A program made the position numbers and the translations under genes. Shown here piece after piece: positions 39,605-50,110 of a DNA stretch of 64,000 bases. The stretch's first letter is position 1, and each line of letters opens with the position of its first letter. The stretch is taken from assembly GCA_964388905.1 (NCBI GenBank), contig CAYMDG010000001.1, positions 7,686 through 71,685 of the forward strand, read 5' to 3'. The notes below the pieces were generated by a model. That model saw only the letters and a program-made list of their open reading frames with translations, did no database searches and was not told the origin of the DNA. Source of the DNA: an uncultured Bacteriovoracaceae bacterium. GTDB lineage: Bacteria > Desulfobacterota > Desulfomonilia > UBA1062.

Positions 39605-41061
39605 AGAGCATGAAACCAACTGACTCTGCCTCAGCAAAACAGACTCCCGCCCTCAAATACCGTACCGCACGGCGGAACCACTGGGACGCCATTGCCCGCA
39701 GGAAAGACACGTGGCAGTCAATGGGAAGCTATTACCACAAGAGATTGGGTGAAATTTATACCCATGTTGTCTCGCCGGGACAGAAGGTTCTGGAGCTCGG
39801 GTGCGGAACAGGCGACCTTCTGGCGTCTCTGAATCCCTCATGCGGGGTAGGCGTGGATCTCTCGGGTGAGATGCTGAAACGTGCGGCACAGCGACACCCG
39901 GGCCTCAGGTTCATCGAGGCCGATGCGCACGAACTCAACCTTGATGAGACCTTCGATGTCATCATCCTTTCAGACCTTGTGAACGACATCTGGGACGTGC
40001 AGGCCCTGCTCAAGGGACTTCGTAAGTATTCGACCCCTGAAACACGCATCGTCATAAACATGTACAGCCGGCTCTGGGAGCTCCCGCTCCTGCTCGGCAA
40101 GACGTTCGGCCTCTCGACACCATTCCTGCCCCAGAACTGGCTCACGGTTGAGGATGTCACGAACATGCTCAACCTGGCTGGATTCGAGGTCATCAGGAAC
40201 TGGCGTGAAATACTCTGGCCCATGGAAACACCGGCCGTCTCGACCCTGCTCAATACCTATGCCGTAAGGCTGTGGCCGTTCTCGTACCTTTCACTGACGA
40301 ATTTCATGGTGGCGCGGATGAAGCCTGCGCAGGCAAAAGAAGATGTCCTGGTATCGGTCGTCGTACCTGCCCGAAACGAGGCGGGCAACATTGAAGAGAT
40401 CTTCAGGCGCACACCCGAGATGGGCATCGGCACCGAGCTGATCTTTGTGGAGGGGAACTCCAAGGACAACACCTATGAGGCCATCGAGAAGGCCATTGCC
40501 GCCCACCCGCAGAGAAGGTGCAAACTGTTCAAGCAGGCCGGCAAGGGCAAGGGAGATGCCGTGCGCCTGGGATACCGGAATGCTTCGGGCGATATCTTCA
40601 TGATTCTCGATGCCGATATGACGGTGCCCCCTGAGGACCTCCCGCGGTTCTACGAGGCCATAATCTCAGGCAGCGGGGAATTCATCAACGGAGTGAGGCT
40701 GATCTACCCCATGGAAAAACAGGCCATGCGCTACCTGAACCTGCTGGGCAACAAATTTTTCTCGCTGGCTTTCTCCTGGCTGCTGGGGCAGCCTATCAAG
40801 GACACCCTGTGCGGGACAAAGGTGCTGAGCAGGAAAGACTATGACAAGATCGCCAGGAACCGCTCCTACTTCGGTGATTTCGACCCGTTCGGTGATTTCG
40901 ACCTCCTGTTCGGGGCTGCCAGGCAGAACATGAAGATCGTTGAGATGCCCATCCGCTACGCAGAAAGGAAATACGGCGAGACCAACATCGACCGGTGGAG
41001 ACACGGGTGGCTGCTTCTGAAGATGACGGTGTTCGCCATGAAGAAGATCAAGTTCAGATAA
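39601..41061 (+). CDS. Fusion protein: N-terminal class-I SAM methyltransferase joined to a C-terminal Dpm1-like GT2 glycosyltransferase.
   Basis: Start ATG overlaps the fcl stop (ATGA). Methyltransferase motif I VLELGCGTGDLLASL. GT2 core VSVVVPARNEAGNIEE...MILDADMTVPPEDL. The ORF-track start at 39451 lies inside fcl. Confidence 0.75.
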   Translation: MKSMKPTDSASAKQTPALKYRTARRNHWDAIARRKDTWQSMGSYYHKRLGEIYTHVVSPGQKVLELGCGTGDLLASLNPSCGVGVDLSGEMLKRAAQRHPGLRFIEADAHELNLDETFDVIILSDLVNDIWDVQALLKGLRKYSTPETRIVINMYSRLWELPLLLGKTFGLSTPFLPQNWLTVEDVTNMLNLAGFEVIRNWREILWPMETPAVSTLLNTYAVRLWPFSYLSLTNFMVARMKPAQAKEDVLVSVVVPARNEAGNIEEIFRRTPEMGIGTELIFVEGNSKDNTYEAIEKAIAAHPQRRCKLFKQAGKGKGDAVRLGYRNASGDIFMILDADMTVPPEDLPRFYEAIISGSGEFINGVRLIYPMEKQAMRYLNLLGNKFFSLAFSWLLGQPIKDTLCGTKVLSRKDYDKIARNRSYFGDFDPFGDFDLLFGAARQNMKIVEMPIRYAERKYGETNIDRWRHGWLLLKMTVFAMKKIKFR

Positions 41062-41062
41062 G

Positions 41063-41656
41063 GTGAGGATGGATCATTGCATGGGTCCCATAGAACGATT
41101 CATAAAAAAATACCGGGGCAACCTGTTCCATCTGGTGCTCGAGGAGTATGCCGGATTTTTTACCAGGAATCTTCCGAGTATCGAAGGGATCATGATAAGG
41201 AAGGTGCTTTATAGAGCACTGTGCAAGGGCCTTGGCAAAGATGCCCTCATCTACCCGGGGGTATACCTTACTCACACCTACGGCTTGGAGATCGGTGAGC
41301 GGTTCTCCGTGAACTCCGGGGCAGTCCTTGATGGGAGAGGCGGGATAAGGATAGGAGATTCGGTCATGGTGGGACCCCATGCGGTGCTGGTGTCCTCGGC
41401 TCATCAGCACAGGAATATCGACACCCCCATGAGTTCGCGGGACCACACCATGCAGCCGCTTGTGATCGGCGATGATGTCTGGATAGGTGCGAATGCCTTC
41501 ATCAAGGGGGGCATCACCATCAGCCGGGGAGTAGTGGTAGCGGCAGGCTCCAGTGTCTTGAATGACATTGAGGAGTACAAAATAGCAGGAGGAACACCTG
41601 CACGGGTCATCGGCGACAGAAGGGATATCAGGAAAGAGCAGAACCACATCTCATGA
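41063..41656 (+). CDS. Left-handed beta-helix (hexapeptide-repeat) acetyltransferase, WbbJ/WcaF-like sugar O-acetyltransferase.
   Basis: Hexapeptide repeats (IGERFSVNSGAVLDGRGGIRIGDSVMVGPHAVL...IGDDVWIGANAFIKGGITISRGVVVAAGSSV). Confidence 0.75.
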   Translation: MRMDHCMGPIERFIKKYRGNLFHLVLEEYAGFFTRNLPSIEGIMIRKVLYRALCKGLGKDALIYPGVYLTHTYGLEIGERFSVNSGAVLDGRGGIRIGDSVMVGPHAVLVSSAHQHRNIDTPMSSRDHTMQPLVIGDDVWIGANAFIKGGITISRGVVVAAGSSVLNDIEEYKIAGGTPARVIGDRRDIRKEQNHIS

Positions 41657-41680
41657 AATGAAAATCTTCGTTCACGACAG

Positions 41681-43897
41681 ATGATTATGGATTATCTCAA
41701 GAAGACAGCAACGGAACCCTATAAATCACTCCTGATCATTGGGTTCATCATAGCCATGACCGCAGGGGTCTACTGGCAGGTCGGCAGCCATCAGTTCATA
41801 ACCTTCGATGATGACATGTATATTACCTTAAACGAAAAGGTAAAAACAGGACTGTCCTGGCAGGGGCTGAAATATGCCTTCGGTTTCTCAAAGGTAACCT
41901 ACTGGCATCCCGTAACATGGCTGTCCCATCAGCTCGACTGTGAACTATTCGGTTTGAATGCGGGCATACATCACCTGATAAACGCCCTGTTCCATATACT
42001 GAACAGCATCCTGCTGTTTATTGTCCTGAAGAAGATGACAGGCTCTCACTGGAGAAGCGCCTTTGCAGCAGCCCTGTTTGCGCTGCACCCGGTGAACGTG
42101 GATACCGTGGCATGGGTTGCAGAGCGGAAGAATGTCCTGAGCACCTTTTTCTGGATGCTCACCATGCTGACATATTTTTATTATCTCGAGAATCCGCGTT
42201 TGACTAAATATTTCCTCATGCTCTTTCTGTTCATTCTCGGCCTTCTATCAAAGCCCATGCTCGTGACCCTGCCGTTTGTTCTTCTGCTGATGGATTACTG
42301 GCCTCTGAAAAGGATCAGATTCGATTTTATCCAGCAGGACAAGAAGAAGGGTGCAAACCCCCAATTCAGCTATCAGGGCGTTGCTGTCTCCCGCTTGATA
42401 GCCGAGAAGATACCCCTGTTGGTTTTCTCTTTAGGCGCAATAATCGTTGCCTCACTGTCTATCCGGTGGGGCGGCTTTAATGTTGGTGTTGCGTATGTGC
42501 CAATGGGGCTCCGCATTGAAAATGCCGTTGTGTCGTATGTGTTGTATCTGTGGAAGATGATCTGTCCGATGAATCTCTCCTTCTATTATCCTTACCCTAA
42601 ATCAATTCCTTTCTGGGAGGTTGCCGGAGCCGGCGCACTGCTTATAGGAATTTCAGCAGTGGTCCTGAGATTGATTTTCCGCGCTCCCTATCTCTTTGTC
42701 GGGTGGCTGTGGTTTCTTGGCACCCTCGTTCCGGTGTCAGGCATCATGCAGGGCGGTTTATGGCCTGAGATAGCCGAGAGATGGGCATATGTCCCATACA
42801 TCGGTTTATTTATAACCGTCTCATGGGGCATGCATGATATTGTCCATGGCCGGCGTTATGAAAGGGAAACCCTTTCGGTTGCTGCATCTGCTGTTCTGCT
42901 GCTCCTCATGATGCTTACCTGGAGGCAGGCAGGATACTGGATCAATGACATGACCTTATACTCGCACGCCCTCAAGGCAAACCCGGATAACTTCGTTGCC
43001 CACGCAAATATTGGAAACGTTTACGTGTCAAAGAAGAAATATGATCTGGCTGCCGATCATTTCAAAGCGGCGCTGAGATTGAACTATAATGATGTGCTGC
43101 TGTTGAATAACCTGGGCAATCTCTATTATGAAACCGGGGACAAAACGAAATCGATTTATTATTACTCCGAAGCACTCCGGTATGTCCCCGATGATTTAAA
43201 GGCAAACTTCAGGCTGGGGATAATCTATTCGGAACTGGGGGAGACAGACAAGGCAATAAACCAGTTCTACCACCTGATCAAGATTGATCCGGAATATCCG
43301 GATGGTTATTACAACCTGGGAGTGGTTCTCGCCAAGAAGGGAGACAAAGAGAAGGCAAAAACATATCTGCTCACTGCCATCAGGATTAATCCCCAAGATG
43401 CAGAGAGCCATTATTCCCTTGGCATAATACTCATGAACCAGGGCAAGGTGAACGACGCCGTTAAGCATTTCGAACAGGCGGTAAAGATTGATCCGAAGCA
43501 CAAAGACGCCCGCAACGCTTTAAGCATGGCCCTGGCTATCAAGAATAAGATAGGTGAGGATATTGTTTCAAAACTGGAGCAGATAAGCTTGAAGGATCCC
43601 GATAATCCGGAATTGCTGCAAAAACTGGCCGTTGCTTATTCCATGAGAGGCAATAATACAAAGGCCCTTGAAATCCTTAATAGATTCGTGAAGCTTAAAC
43701 CTGATGATCCCAACGGATATTACAATATTGCATGCTTATATTCCAAGCAGGGAAAGGTTGATGATGCAGCCAGATGGCTGACAAAATCAATGGATAAGGG
43801 TTTCAAGGACTGGAAGCTTCTGAAGCAGGATGAGGACCTCAATAATCTTCGGACTACGACATTCTATAAGGATTTGATCAAGAGAATCCACGGTTGA
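41681..43897 (+). CDS. TMTC/PMT-like GT-C membrane glycosyltransferase with TPR and cap.
   Basis: ITFDDDMYI, ALFALHPVNVDTVAWVAERKN, TPRs, cap YYNIACLYSKQGKVDDAARWLTKSMDKGFKDWKLLKQDEDLNNLR. Confidence 0.8.
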   Translation: MIMDYLKKTATEPYKSLLIIGFIIAMTAGVYWQVGSHQFITFDDDMYITLNEKVKTGLSWQGLKYAFGFSKVTYWHPVTWLSHQLDCELFGLNAGIHHLINALFHILNSILLFIVLKKMTGSHWRSAFAAALFALHPVNVDTVAWVAERKNVLSTFFWMLTMLTYFYYLENPRLTKYFLMLFLFILGLLSKPMLVTLPFVLLLMDYWPLKRIRFDFIQQDKKKGANPQFSYQGVAVSRLIAEKIPLLVFSLGAIIVASLSIRWGGFNVGVAYVPMGLRIENAVVSYVLYLWKMICPMNLSFYYPYPKSIPFWEVAGAGALLIGISAVVLRLIFRAPYLFVGWLWFLGTLVPVSGIMQGGLWPEIAERWAYVPYIGLFITVSWGMHDIVHGRRYERETLSVAASAVLLLLMMLTWRQAGYWINDMTLYSHALKANPDNFVAHANIGNVYVSKKKYDLAADHFKAALRLNYNDVLLLNNLGNLYYETGDKTKSIYYYSEALRYVPDDLKANFRLGIIYSELGETDKAINQFYHLIKIDPEYPDGYYNLGVVLAKKGDKEKAKTYLLTAIRINPQDAESHYSLGIILMNQGKVNDAVKHFEQAVKIDPKHKDARNALSMALAIKNKIGEDIVSKLEQISLKDPDNPELLQKLAVAYSMRGNNTKALEILNRFVKLKPDDPNGYYNIACLYSKQGKVDDAARWLTKSMDKGFKDWKLLKQDEDLNNLRTTTFYKDLIKRIHG

Positions 43898-43999
43898 AGG
43901 CCGGAGGGCATCGGGATGATCTCATCCGGGCTCTGTCCTGCCCGGAAATGATACTGCGCAGAATAAAATTCCGCAGGTGATGACGCATAAGGGCTGATC

Positions 44000-46228
44000 A
44001 TGAATCCATCAACCGATGAAACCAGGAATTTGCCACCCATATATAAAGACGGCATCACCTGTGCCTTCATCATAATAACGACCGTGCTGGTTTACTGGCA
44101 GATCGGAAGCCACGAGTTCATCAATTTCGACGATCAGCTGTATGTGTCGGACAATCCCATGGTCAAGGCAGGGATTTCCTGGGAAGGGATCAAGTGGGCA
44201 TTCAGCTTCACCGGAAGATCCTACTGGCATCCGGTAACGTGGCTGTCTCACATGCTGGACTGTGAGCTTTTCGGGACAGACCCCGGTATGCACCACCTCA
44301 TGAACATGGCGCTTCACCTGGTAAACAGTCTCCTGTTGTATGCCGCCTTGAGAATTATGACCGGCTCCCATGGAAGCAGTTCTTTCGCAGCACTGCTTTT
44401 TGCATTGCACCCCGTGAACGTGGATTCCGTTGCATGGCTGGCGGAGCGTAAGAATCTGCTGAGTGCTACATTCTCGATACTCACCATCCTGTCCCATATC
44501 TACTATTCGCGAAAACCCGGCATAACCCGTTATCTCATGACCCTGTGCGTATATCTCCTCGGGATCCTGGCAAAGCCCCCGACGCTTGTTGCCTTGCCTT
44601 TTGTTCTGCTCCTGCTCGATTACTGGCCTTTGAGAAGAATCACTCTTGATTTCAGATTGAAAGATATCTTCAGCCAGCTGAAGGCTAAGGAATATCAGAA
44701 ACTGATTTTCAGGCTGATACTTGAAAAGATCCCGCTCCTGATCATGAGCGTGGCCATTGTTTTCATTTCCCTGAAATCCTCCCGCCAAAATGTGGATGTC
44801 ATTACCCCGGAGATGGTCGGCTACTCGTTACGCATAGAAAATGCCCTGATATCCTATGTGCTTTATATCGGGAAAATGTTCTGGCCTGCGAACCTGACCA
44901 TCTATTACCCTTACCCTCAGAGTCTGCCACCGGCGAATGCTGTTCTTGCAGGTATAGTGCTCCTGGGCATTACAGCCGCATCATTGCTCTTCATAAGGAA
45001 TAAACCCTACCTCTTTACGGGCTGGTTCTGGTACCTCGGCACGCTGGTCCCGGTAAGCGGCCTGTTGCAGGTAGGGCTCTGGCCGGCAATGGCTGAGCGA
45101 TGGGTCTATGTCCCTGCAATAGGATTGTTCATCATCATCGGCTGGCTCATTCCGGATCTGTTATCCGGACTGAAGCAGGCAAAGGCCGTACTGTACAGCC
45201 TGGCAGTGCCGGTCCTCGTCATATGTGCGATACTTTCTTGGAAGCAGGCGGCCTACTGGAAGAATGATCTCACTCTTTTCACCCATGCAGTCAAGGTCAA
45301 CGACCGAAACAGTGTAGCATACTGCTGTCTGGGCGATTATTTTACCGGCAAAGGGGATCTCGTCAGTGCCATAGCAAACTATAATGCCGCCATGGAGATC
45401 AATCCGGGTGATCCCACTTCAAACTATAATCTGGGAATAGTGCTCATACAGACAGGAAGGTTTGACGAGGCGGTCGGTCACCTCATGAAGGCGGTACAGA
45501 AATTTTCCGGTGATGAACAACTGTATATCGGACTGGGTATTGCCTTTACCCATCAGCAGAAGTTCAATGAGGCTCGCATCAACTTTGCAAAAGCCGTTGA
45601 GATAAATCCTGCCAACGCTGATACGCATTTCCAGCTCGCCATGATCCTGGAAAAGACCGGCAGGGCGGGTGAGGCCATAAAGCAATATCAGGAAGTACTC
45701 AGGCTGAACCCCGGGGATGTCAAGGCAAGAGAAAATATCCAGATCCTGCGGCATCAGGGTCAGGGCATGGATGACGCAGTTTCCCTGCTGGAAAAGAAAA
45801 TTGAAGAAAGTCCCCAGGATCCGATACCGTATTACAGGCTGGGGAGAAAATATCTGGAACAGAACAAGGTGGATGACGCAATTTCCCAGATGAAAAGGGC
45901 GCTGGCAATCAGGCCGCACTTTGCGGCAGCCCTGAATGACATTGCTGTGGCATACGGTCGCAAGGGAGAGTACGACTCATCGTTGTCGTACCTCAAGAAA
46001 CACCTTGAAATACAACCGGACAATCCGGACAATTATTATAATATTGCCTGTGTATATGCCAGAAAGAACATGCCTGATGAATCCGTAGCTTGGCTGAAGA
46101 AGGCAATGCAAAAGGGATTTAAAAAGGTTGAACTGATAAAAACAGATCCTGATCTGGAGAGTATCAGGAATACTGAATTTGTAAAAAAATTAATGATTTC
46201 TGCCGATCCAAGTGGTACAACAAATTGA
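44000..46228 (+). CDS. TMTC/PMT-like GT-C membrane glycosyltransferase with TPR and cap.
   Basis: INFDDQLYV, LLFALHPVNVDSVAWLAERKN, TPRs, cap YYNIACVYARKNMPDESVAWLKKAMQKGFKKVELIKTDPDLESIR. Confidence 0.8.
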   Translation: MNPSTDETRNLPPIYKDGITCAFIIITTVLVYWQIGSHEFINFDDQLYVSDNPMVKAGISWEGIKWAFSFTGRSYWHPVTWLSHMLDCELFGTDPGMHHLMNMALHLVNSLLLYAALRIMTGSHGSSSFAALLFALHPVNVDSVAWLAERKNLLSATFSILTILSHIYYSRKPGITRYLMTLCVYLLGILAKPPTLVALPFVLLLLDYWPLRRITLDFRLKDIFSQLKAKEYQKLIFRLILEKIPLLIMSVAIVFISLKSSRQNVDVITPEMVGYSLRIENALISYVLYIGKMFWPANLTIYYPYPQSLPPANAVLAGIVLLGITAASLLFIRNKPYLFTGWFWYLGTLVPVSGLLQVGLWPAMAERWVYVPAIGLFIIIGWLIPDLLSGLKQAKAVLYSLAVPVLVICAILSWKQAAYWKNDLTLFTHAVKVNDRNSVAYCCLGDYFTGKGDLVSAIANYNAAMEINPGDPTSNYNLGIVLIQTGRFDEAVGHLMKAVQKFSGDEQLYIGLGIAFTHQQKFNEARINFAKAVEINPANADTHFQLAMILEKTGRAGEAIKQYQEVLRLNPGDVKARENIQILRHQGQGMDDAVSLLEKKIEESPQDPIPYYRLGRKYLEQNKVDDAISQMKRALAIRPHFAAALNDIAVAYGRKGEYDSSLSYLKKHLEIQPDNPDNYYNIACVYARKNMPDESVAWLKKAMQKGFKKVELIKTDPDLESIRNTEFVKKLMISADPSGTTN

Positions 46229-46327
46229 AAGGTGGAGGTTTTTCATTGTTGTTATGGAATTTGGGATGTTTAAGAAATCAAGGCAGGCCTCCCGGAATAA
46301 GGTACAAAAAGAGGGACTAGTGCACGC

Positions 46328-47275
46328 ATGAATGTCTCGGTGGTCATACCTGTCTATAACAGCAGCCCTGTTCTTGCAGACCTTGTAAACCGCCTCAAGC
46401 CAGTGCTCGAAGCGCATTTTAAAGCATATGAGCTGATCCTGGTAAACGATGGGAGCCGGGATTCAAGCTGGGACGTAATCTGCTCCCTGGTAAGGAACGA
46501 CAATTGGATATGCGGCGTGAATCTGATGCGGAACTACGGGCAGCACAATGCGCTGCTCTGCGGCATCAGGAAGGCGCGTTACGAGGTGATCGTCACCATG
46601 GACGATGACCTGGAGCATCCGCCCGAAGAGATCCCTAAACTGACAGAGAAACTTGATCAGGGATTTGATGTAGTGTATGGCCCACCCCTTCAACAACAGC
46701 ACGGCCTGTGGAGAGACATGGCTTCGATCATTACGAAAAGCGCACTGGAGGCCACCGTCGGGGCCCAGACCGCCCGGATGGTGAGCGCATTCAGAGCCTT
46801 ACGCACCCAGGTGCGTGATGCCTTTGCCGATTACCGGGGATCATACGTTTCTCTCGATGTGCTGCTCACCTGGGGCACGACGCGTTTCACTGCTGTTCCT
46901 GTACGGCATGATCCGCGCAAGGCCGGTGTCTCAAACTATACCATTTGGAAACTCGCTACACATGCCTTCAACATGATTACCGGGTTCAGCCCGCTGCCGC
47001 TGCAGCTTGCAAGCATCCTCGGATTCATATTTACCATATTCGGGTTTATGATAATGATCTATGTAGTCGGCAACTATGTTATTCACGGGGGCAGTGTACC
47101 GGGATTCTCCTTCCTTGCATGCATCATAGCCATTTTCTCAGGGGTGCAGCTTCTGATGCTTGGCATTTTCGGAGAATACCTGGGTCGTATTCACTTCAGG
47201 ACAATTGATCGGCCCAGTAGTATCATTCGCGAGATAGTGAAGCCATTGATTGACAAAAACCCGGACAAGCCATGA
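46328..47275 (+). CDS. GtrB/ArnC-like GT2 polyprenyl-phosphate sugar synthase (two C-terminal TM helices).
   Basis: VSVVIPVYNS...LILVNDGSRDSS...TMDDDLEHPPEEI, and a C-terminal GxxGEYLGR motif within TM helices. Confidence 0.8.
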   Translation: MNVSVVIPVYNSSPVLADLVNRLKPVLEAHFKAYELILVNDGSRDSSWDVICSLVRNDNWICGVNLMRNYGQHNALLCGIRKARYEVIVTMDDDLEHPPEEIPKLTEKLDQGFDVVYGPPLQQQHGLWRDMASIITKSALEATVGAQTARMVSAFRALRTQVRDAFADYRGSYVSLDVLLTWGTTRFTAVPVRHDPRKAGVSNYTIWKLATHAFNMITGFSPLPLQLASILGFIFTIFGFMIMIYVVGNYVIHGGSVPGFSFLACIIAIFSGVQLLMLGIFGEYLGRIHFRTIDRPSSIIREIVKPLIDKNPDKP

Positions 47276-48015
47276 CCAAAGCTGCACAGTATGTCTCCCT
47301 GTCTGCCATGGATGAAGAACGCTTCGGCATAAAGACTGCCAAAACAACCGACTTCAACAGTGATCGCATACCCCTGATTCTGGAGTATTGTGAAGAAAAC
47401 ATGGTGGAGCTTCTCATTGCACGATGTGATACATCTGACTTTAAAGTAGTCCATGAGTTGGAGCGGCTGGGTTTCTTACTCATGGATACACTTATCTACT
47501 TTTCCTGCGACCTGACAAGGAAGGAAATACCGGTTGATGATCGTGAATTTCAGGTCAGAGCATTCAGGCCCGGTGAAGAACAAACTGTAAAGTCTATAGC
47601 AGGAAGATCTTTTCATGGTTACCTCAGTCACTATCATGCGGACAGCAGGCTTGATAAAAGAATGTCTGATGAGGTTTATGCCGATTGGGCCTATAAGTCC
47701 TGCCTCTCCCGTAAGGTGACAGAGCAGGTACTCGTTGCAGAATCAGGAAATGAGATCATCGGATTCGGAACCATGCGCATCAATGATCACAGGGAAGGAG
47801 AGGGTCTTCTTTTCGGGGTGGCACCCCCATATCAAGGAAGAGGTGCCTATCGATCGATCATGGTAAACTGCATGCGGTGGTGTGTGACAAGAGACCTCGG
47901 AAAGATGACCATTTCTACCCAGATCACAAATCTGGTAAGCCAGCATACTTGGATACGCCTCGGATTCGTGCCCTTTTATTCATGCTATACATTTCACAAG
48001 TGGTTTGATCGATGA
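47272..48015 (+). CDS. WecD-like GNAT N-acetyltransferase (dTDP-4-amino-4,6-dideoxy sugar acetyltransferase-like).
   Basis: Two-domain layout like E. coli WecD, with matching blocks (ELERLGF, YADWAYKSC vs YAQWIENAV, GKMTISTQITN vs GKTTLRVATQMGN). 4-bp overlap with the upstream GT2. Confidence 0.6.
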   Translation: MTKAAQYVSLSAMDEERFGIKTAKTTDFNSDRIPLILEYCEENMVELLIARCDTSDFKVVHELERLGFLLMDTLIYFSCDLTRKEIPVDDREFQVRAFRPGEEQTVKSIAGRSFHGYLSHYHADSRLDKRMSDEVYADWAYKSCLSRKVTEQVLVAESGNEIIGFGTMRINDHREGEGLLFGVAPPYQGRGAYRSIMVNCMRWCVTRDLGKMTISTQITNLVSQHTWIRLGFVPFYSCYTFHKWFDR

Positions 48016-48036
48016 AGAATAGAAGGTCGTGAAGGC

Positions 48037-48918
48037 ATGAAGATATGTATTGTATGCCACCAGCGATTTGAATCTGTTGAGTGGGGCTGTCCCAACTGTG
48101 GACATACTCCTCCTGTTAGGTCGGGGTTCTTTTCCTTCCTTGAAGACAATCTTTACCGGCATGAATCCTTTGACAGGAATTATTTTCCAGGACTGTACCA
48201 ACTTGAAAAGGATAATTTCTGGTTCATATACCGCAACAGGCTAATCTTAAGGGCCATTGGAAACAACTTTCCCGAGGTGCGACTTGTGATGGAAATAGGG
48301 TGCGGGACTGGATTTGTCCTCTCTGAAATCCGCAGAAGACATCAGCAGTTCAAGCTTTGTGGGAGTGATTTATACCTAGAAGGCCTGCAGTTTGCCAGCG
48401 CAAGAGTGCCGGATGCGGACTTCTATCAGATCGATGCATGCAAGATGCCTTTTATTGAGGAGTTCGACCTTATCCTGGCATTGGACATTCTTGAACACAT
48501 AGAAGATGATGATAAGGCACTTGAAGAGATATACAAATCGCTCGTGCCCGGAGGGGGACTGATTATTACGGTACCCCAGCATCAGTGGCTATGGTCCAAG
48601 CAGGATGAGAAAGCCTTTCACAGGCGAAGGTATGGGAAAAAGGAATTAATGCAGAAGCTAATGGATAGTGGTTTCCGGATTGTCCATATGACCTCATTCA
48701 TTACCCTTCTGCTCCCTCTCATGATATTTTCAAGGCTGTATGCACAACTTGCTGTGAGTAAGCAGAAGGAATATGATCCTCTGCGTGAGTTAAGGATTGC
48801 ATCTTCAATCAACCGTATCCTGAGTCAGGTATGTGGTGTTGAAGGGCGTATGTTAGAAAGAGGTAAATCTCTCCCAATCGGAGGGTCGTTGATCTGTATA
48901 GCAAGAAAAGGATCATGA
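48037..48918 (+). CDS. Class-I SAM-dependent methyltransferase with an N-terminal CxxC..CxxC zinc ribbon.
   Basis: CIVCHQRF..WGCPNCGH, then motif I VMEIGCGTGFVLS, and LDILEHIEDD. Confidence 0.7.
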   Translation: MKICIVCHQRFESVEWGCPNCGHTPPVRSGFFSFLEDNLYRHESFDRNYFPGLYQLEKDNFWFIYRNRLILRAIGNNFPEVRLVMEIGCGTGFVLSEIRRRHQQFKLCGSDLYLEGLQFASARVPDADFYQIDACKMPFIEEFDLILALDILEHIEDDDKALEEIYKSLVPGGGLIITVPQHQWLWSKQDEKAFHRRRYGKKELMQKLMDSGFRIVHMTSFITLLLPLMIFSRLYAQLAVSKQKEYDPLRELRIASSINRILSQVCGVEGRMLERGKSLPIGGSLICIARKGS

Positions 48919-48919
48919 T

Positions 48920-50071
48920 ATGGACCAAAAAGATATAAGGATACCGTTCAATAAACCTTTCATTGTGGGCAAGGAGCTCTACTATATCGCACAGGCAGTC
49001 ATAAAAGGACAGCTTGCCGGTGATGGGTATTATACTAAATTATGTCATGAATGGCTCGAGTGGAAGCTCGGCTGCAGGAAAGCCCTGCTGACACATTCAT
49101 GCACTGCTGCGCTTGAAATGTGCGCGATTCTCCTTGACATTCAACCTGGAGATGAGGTGATCTTGCCCTCTTTCACTTTTGTCTCGACAGCAAATGCCTT
49201 TGTGCTTCGAGGCGGGGTACCTGTGTTTGTGGATATCAGGCCCGATACCCTCAACATGGATGAAAACAGGATTGGAGAGGCAATTACGGACAAAACAAAA
49301 GCCATTGTTCCAGTTCACTATGCAGGGGTGCCTTGTTCGATGGATGAGATCATGTGCATAGCAGAGAAAAGCCATCTGTTTGTAGTGGAGGATGCTGCCC
49401 AAGCCCTTCTTTCCTCCTACCAAGGCAGACATCTCGGAACAATTGGCCACTTGGGCACCTTGAGCTTTCATGAGACAAAGAACATCATAAGCGGTGAGGG
49501 TGGAGCGCTCCTGATAAACGATGAGCAGTTCGTAAATAGGGCCGAAATCATCAGGGAGAAGGGTACTGATCGAGCTCGGTTCTTCAGGGGTGAGATCGAC
49601 AAGTATACATGGATGGACATCGGGTCGTCTTATCTTCCCAGTGAGCTTGTCAGTGCCTTTCTCTATGCCCAGATGGAGCAGGCGGAGCAGACCATTGAAA
49701 AACGGTGCAGGCTGTTCAACCTTTACTACAAGCAGCTCAGGACACTCGAGGATCAGGGTATTATCAGGCTTCCCTACATAGATGAGAATTGTTCAGGGAA
49801 TGCCCACATATTCTATATTATAACCGGTTCGCTTGATGAACGGACCCGGTTGATTCAATCTTTGAGAGAAGCCGGAATATTAACGGTATTTCACTATGTG
49901 CCCCTCCATTCGTCCCCTGCCGGCATGCACTATGGGAGGTCTGCCGGGGATATGAGGTATACGAACGACCTGAGCAACAGACTGCTCAGGCTGCCCTTGT
50001 ACTATGAGATGAATGATGAAGATGGAGAGTATATCGTGGGTCAGATCATGAGATTCTACGGTCAGGGCTGA
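48920..50071 (+). CDS. wecE: dTDP-4-keto-6-deoxy-D-glucose 4-aminotransferase (WecE, DegT family).
   Basis: Block-by-block match to E. coli WecE (IPFNKPFIVGKEL, LLTHSCTAALEMCAILLDIQPGDEVILPSFTFVSTANAFVLRG, FHETKNI, IREKGTDRARFFRGEIDKYTWMDIGSSYL, VFHYVPLHSSPAG). Confidence 0.85.
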   Translation: MDQKDIRIPFNKPFIVGKELYYIAQAVIKGQLAGDGYYTKLCHEWLEWKLGCRKALLTHSCTAALEMCAILLDIQPGDEVILPSFTFVSTANAFVLRGGVPVFVDIRPDTLNMDENRIGEAITDKTKAIVPVHYAGVPCSMDEIMCIAEKSHLFVVEDAAQALLSSYQGRHLGTIGHLGTLSFHETKNIISGEGGALLINDEQFVNRAEIIREKGTDRARFFRGEIDKYTWMDIGSSYLPSELVSAFLYAQMEQAEQTIEKRCRLFNLYYKQLRTLEDQGIIRLPYIDENCSGNAHIFYIITGSLDERTRLIQSLREAGILTVFHYVPLHSSPAGMHYGRSAGDMRYTNDLSNRLLRLPLYYEMNDEDGEYIVGQIMRFYGQG

Positions 50072-50110
50072 TCCCTCGATTTGTTTTGTTATGCACAGTG
50101 AAAAAGTAAG

